A program made the position numbers and the translations under genes. 64,000 nucleotides of DNA from Eledone cirrhosa (taxonomy: Eukaryota). Positions 63,101-64,000 of the stretch are shown here, one piece after another (the stretch's first letter is position 1; every line of letters starts with the position of its first letter). Where the stretch lies: positions 184,822,001 to 184,886,000 of the forward strand of contig OZ024742.1 in assembly GCA_964016885.1 (NCBI GenBank), written 5' to 3'. Below the pieces are notes generated by a model. That model saw nothing but the letters and a program-made list of their open reading frames with translations. It was not told where the DNA came from and searched no databases.

Positions 63101-64000
63101 GTTGGAGTTAAGTTAAGTTGGGGTTAAATTAAGTTGGGGTCAACGTAAGTTGGGGTTAAGTTAAGTTGGGGTTAAGTTAATTTGGGGGTAAGTTAAGTTG
63201 GGGTTAAGTTAAGTTGGGGTTAAGTTAAGTTGGGGTTAAGTTAAGTTGGGGCTGAGTTAAATTGGGGCTGTGTTAAGTTGGGGTTAAGTTAAGTTGGGGT
63301 TAAGTTAAGTTGGGGTTAAGTTAAGTTGGGGTTAAGTTGGGGTTAAATTAAGTTGGGGTTAATTTAAGTTGGGGTTAAGTTAAGTTGGGTTTAGGTTAAG
63401 TTGGGGTTGAGTTAAGTTGGGGTTAAGTTAAGTTGGGGTTAATTTAAGTTGGGGTTAAGTTAAGTTGGGGCTGAGTTAAGTTGGGGTTAAGTTAAGTTGG
63501 GGTTAAGTTAAGTTGGGGTTAAGTTAAGTTGGGGTTAAGTTAAGTTGGGGTTAAGATAAGTTGGGGTTAAGTTAAGTTGGGGTTGAGTTAAGTTGGGGTT
63601 GAGTTAATTTGGGGTTAAGTTAAGTTGGGGTTAACTTAAGTTGGGGTTCAGTTAAGTTGGCGTTCAGTTAAGTTGCGGTGAAGTTAAGTTGGGGTTAACT
63701 TAAGTCGGGGTTAAGTTAAGTTGGGGTTAAGTTAAGTTGGGGTGAAGTTAAGTTGGGGTTAAGTTAAGTTGGGGTTATGTTAAGTTGGCGTTCAGTTAAG
63801 TTGCGGTGAAGTTAAGTTGGGGTTAACTTAAGTCGGGGTTAAGTTAAGTTGGGGTTAAGTTAAGTTGGGGTCAAGTTAAGTTGGGGTTAAGTTAAGTTGG
63901 GGTTATGTTAAGTTGGGGTTAAGTTAAGTTGGGGTTAAGTTAAGTCGGGGTTAAGTTAAGTTGGGGTTAAGTTAATTGGGGGTAAGTTAAGTTTGGGTTA
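54180..64000 (+). repeat. Tandem duplication of about 5.46-5.48 kb (copy 1 approx. 54180-59640, copy 2 from approx. 59640, truncated by the window end)
   Basis: Marker pairs: GAAGG 54201/59660 (offset 5459), GTTTAAGATAAG 55330/60794 (5464), AAGCTT 55658/61138 (5480), TTAACTTAATTGGGG 56981/62461 (5480), GGGGTGAAG 58280/63744 (5464), AATTGGGGGTAAG 58510/63974 (5464). Confidence 0.92.

Larger units (their letters stand above)
1..64000 (+). repeat. Tandem satellite array, 16-bp monomer TTAAGTTAAGTTGGGG (reverse complement CCCCAACTTAACTTAA), about 4,000 copies, running off both window ends
   Basis: Every line of the window consists of this unit or of variants with 1-3 substitutions (TTGAG, CTAAG, TCAAG, TTAAC, TCGGGG, TTGTGG and others). 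There are occasional 11-, 15- and 17-bp length variants. The G-rich strand is + throughout. Confidence 0.99.

Noticed and set aside
1-64000. Protein-coding ORFs or a repetitive protein
   Set aside because: Each monomer has two TTAA, giving TAA on both strands. The 16-bp period shifts frame with each unit, so all six frames are stopped every few dozen bases.
1-64000. CRISPR array
   Set aside because: The repeats are directly adjacent with no unique spacers, the unit is only 16 bp, and there is no leader or cas gene.
1-64000. Freshly telomerase-synthesised terminal tract
   Set aside because: Multi-kb duplicated mutation barcodes are not produced by copying a short RNA template. A telomeric origin or location remains possible, but this segment was amplified by DNA-level duplication.
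1-64000. piggyBac or other TTAA-targeting transposon insertions, or inversions
   Set aside because: Despite thousands of TTAA sites, I saw no foreign sequence, terminal inverted repeats or C-rich (inverted) segment.
1-64000. Simple sequencing artefact or low-complexity polymerase stutter
   Set aside because: Ordered rare variants recur faithfully tens of kb apart with phylogenetically nested differences, as expected for a genuine evolved satellite.

Overview
The whole 64 kb window is one uninterrupted, single-orientation tandem satellite array of about 4,000 copies of a 16-bp monomer, consensus TTAAGTTAAGTTGGGG, i.e. (TTAAG)2-TTGGGG. The consensus is 37.5% GC with no C on the + strand. I saw no genes, RNA genes, transposons, unique spacers or inversions; TAA stops recur in all six frames. 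Point variants of the monomer recur in fixed orders and act as barcodes for nested higher-order structure: local duplications of 128, 224/240 and 720 bp; a loosely conserved, shuffled cycle of about 3-5 kb; recent tandem duplications of about 3.5 kb, 6,144 bp and about 5.47 kb; and a super-repeat of about 30.7-31 kb. There are also several out-of-order templated insertions. The monomer is telomere-like (it contains TTGGGG, and its 11-bp core is one base from TTAGGTTGGGG) and can potentially form G-quadruplexes. It is most likely a eukaryotic telomere-derived or (sub)telomeric/centromeric satellite maintained by recombination. All coordinates and offsets were read by eye; organism and chromosomal position cannot be determined from this window.
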